NCBI GenBank assembly: GCA_903894955.1 | Contig: CAITSA010000004.1 | Span: 1 to 45,144 of the forward strand | DNA: 45,144 nt | Direction: 5' to 3' | From: an uncultured bacterium | GTDB lineage: Bacteria > Patescibacteriota > Minisyncoccia > Phycocordibacterales > UBA9973 | Shown: positions 44,154 to 45,144 of the stretch, piece after piece | Layout: every line of letters begins with the position of its first letter | How positions within the stretch are numbered: position 1 is the first letter of the stretch | Position numbers and translations under genes: made by a program | Notes under the pieces: model-generated | What the model saw: the letters and a program-made list of their open reading frames with translations, nothing else | The model's database searches: none | What the model was told of the DNA's origin: nothing

Positions 44154-45144
44154 TTAATTCTCTATCACCCCCGAACTTTTCTTTTCGTAACAAGATGAAG
44201 TTCCGCAAGTCCAAGTATACCTAGAAGCACTAGTTTTTTTATTCGTGCCAGTATCACAAGTATGATCAGTCGGACCACCAGAGCAAACATCACCGTCACA
44301 TTTAAAGTGTTTCATTGGAGGTGTACAAGTTGGGACACTACCAACTGGATTAACTACCACTTGTACTTGTGAAGAAACATCCGTAGTCTCTGACTTTGAA
44401 CAGGTAATAACATAAGTATATGTGCCAGCAGTTAGACCAGTGATAGTTTCAGATGATCCACTAAATAACTTTTGTCCACTCCAAGACCCCGAGGCTATAC
44501 AAATATCTGGAGTGCCAGTGGTTGACCAAGTTAAAGTAGTTGAATTTGTAGGAAATGTCATAGAGGTTGGCGAAGCAGTGAGAATTACGGAAATAGAATT
44601 TGCCAAACATTTTGTCCCATCCCAAGTAGCCCCTGCTGCACAACTTGCAGTAGCAGTAGCAGTAGCAAGTTGTTTAGCATTATTATAAAGATACAATGTT
44701 CTTGCTTGATGGACACCTCCGTTTATGTAAGAGATCACAACATCTGATTTGACTCCTACATCATAAGTACCTACAGTTGGAGGCTTAGCAGGACTTGAAG
44801 TTGAAGAAACAATTGGAAAGTTAGCTGAAGTACTTCCACCATCGTCGGTATTACTAGTTACAGCCGATCCAAGAACAACTTCAGGATTTGTTACAGTCCA
44901 AGACATGCTTGCGTTACAACTACTTGCTCCGGATGAAATAGTACAATTAGAAGCAACTAAGACACCGGACATTCCTGGATTATTTTTACATGTAGCTGTA
45001 GTTCCATCCCAAGTAGTCCCTGCAGCACAGCTCGCGGTCGCTGTAGCCGTGGCAAGTTGTAATGCATTGTTGTAAAGATAGAATGTTCGTCCAGTGTATG
45101 GAACAACTAGAGATTGACTGCCTGATTGAGGAGTAGTTAAGGTA
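44154..45144 (-). CDS. Ser/Thr/Cys-rich repetitive surface protein, 3' part (5' end beyond the window)
   Basis: Frame stays open from 44972 to the window edge; repeated RTxYLYNNAxQLATATATASCAAGxTWDGT; TLTWST..C.ASGSW PKD/Ig-like module. Confidence 0.8.
   Translation of the reverse strand, partial: TLTTPQSGSQSLVVPYTGRTFYLYNNALQLATATATASCAAGTTWDGTTATCKNNPGMSGVLVASNCTISSGASSCNASMSWTVTNPEVVLGSAVTSNTDDGGSTSANFPIVSSTSSPAKPPTVGTYDVGVKSDVVISYINGGVHQARTLYLYNNAKQLATATATASCAAGATWDGTKCLANSISVILTASPTSMTFPTNSTTLTWSTTGTPDICIASGSWSGQKLFSGSSETITGLTAGTYTYVITCSKSETTDVSSQVQVVVNPVGSVPTCTPPMKHFKCDGDVCSGGPTDHTCDTGTNKKTSASRYTWTCGTSSCYEKKSSGVIEN

Noticed and set aside
94-44688. Numerous 60-160-aa antisense or off-frame ORFs (e.g. 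94..426, 1354..1731, 22621..23058, 28890..29363, 32876..33271)
   Set aside because: They are shadows of well-supported genes and show no recognisable motifs.
1-45144. CRISPR array, tRNA or rRNA genes, integrase or canonical transposase
   Set aside because: No regularly spaced repeat-spacer array, RNA gene signature or DDE/HUH/tyrosine recombinase ORF was seen by eye.

Overview
AT-rich bacterial chromosome segment read in standard code 11. Gene content and style point to a CPR/Patescibacteria genome (Parcubacteria, Nomurabacteria-like); this taxonomy is inferred. It is mostly housekeeping: recA, efp, rpsF-ssb-rpsR, metG-tatD, glyS, recO, ileS with a T-box, pif1-like helicase, argS, dut, tmk, glyA, two-gene comEC, rnhA, recJ, pgk and tpiA. 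It also holds a type IV pilus/competence block (three minor pilins, pilC, pilB) interrupted by a RelE/HigB-HTH toxin-antitoxin pair. The most striking signal is a set of short, mostly GC-rich hairpin/palindromic elements of several families. About a dozen sit in frame inside conserved genes (recA x2, ileS x5, glyS, recJ, comEC, rnhA, pif1, probably tatD). A DUF559 (Vsr-like) nuclease gene is bracketed by inverted copies of one hairpin family, and a related copy lies inside ileS, suggesting a REP/RAYT-like nuclease-plus-repeat system. Other oddities: an IleRS with a VLHT signature, an inserted histidine-phosphatase domain and a fused HD domain; an ultrashort-Stem-I T-box with a transcription terminator; extended -10 boxes 6-8 nt before many start codons (likely leaderless mRNAs); non-canonical EF-P and PGK sites; an orphan hisD; and an unlisted 53-aa Cys/Arg-rich ORF. 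All family calls rest on motif recognition by eye; no searches were run.
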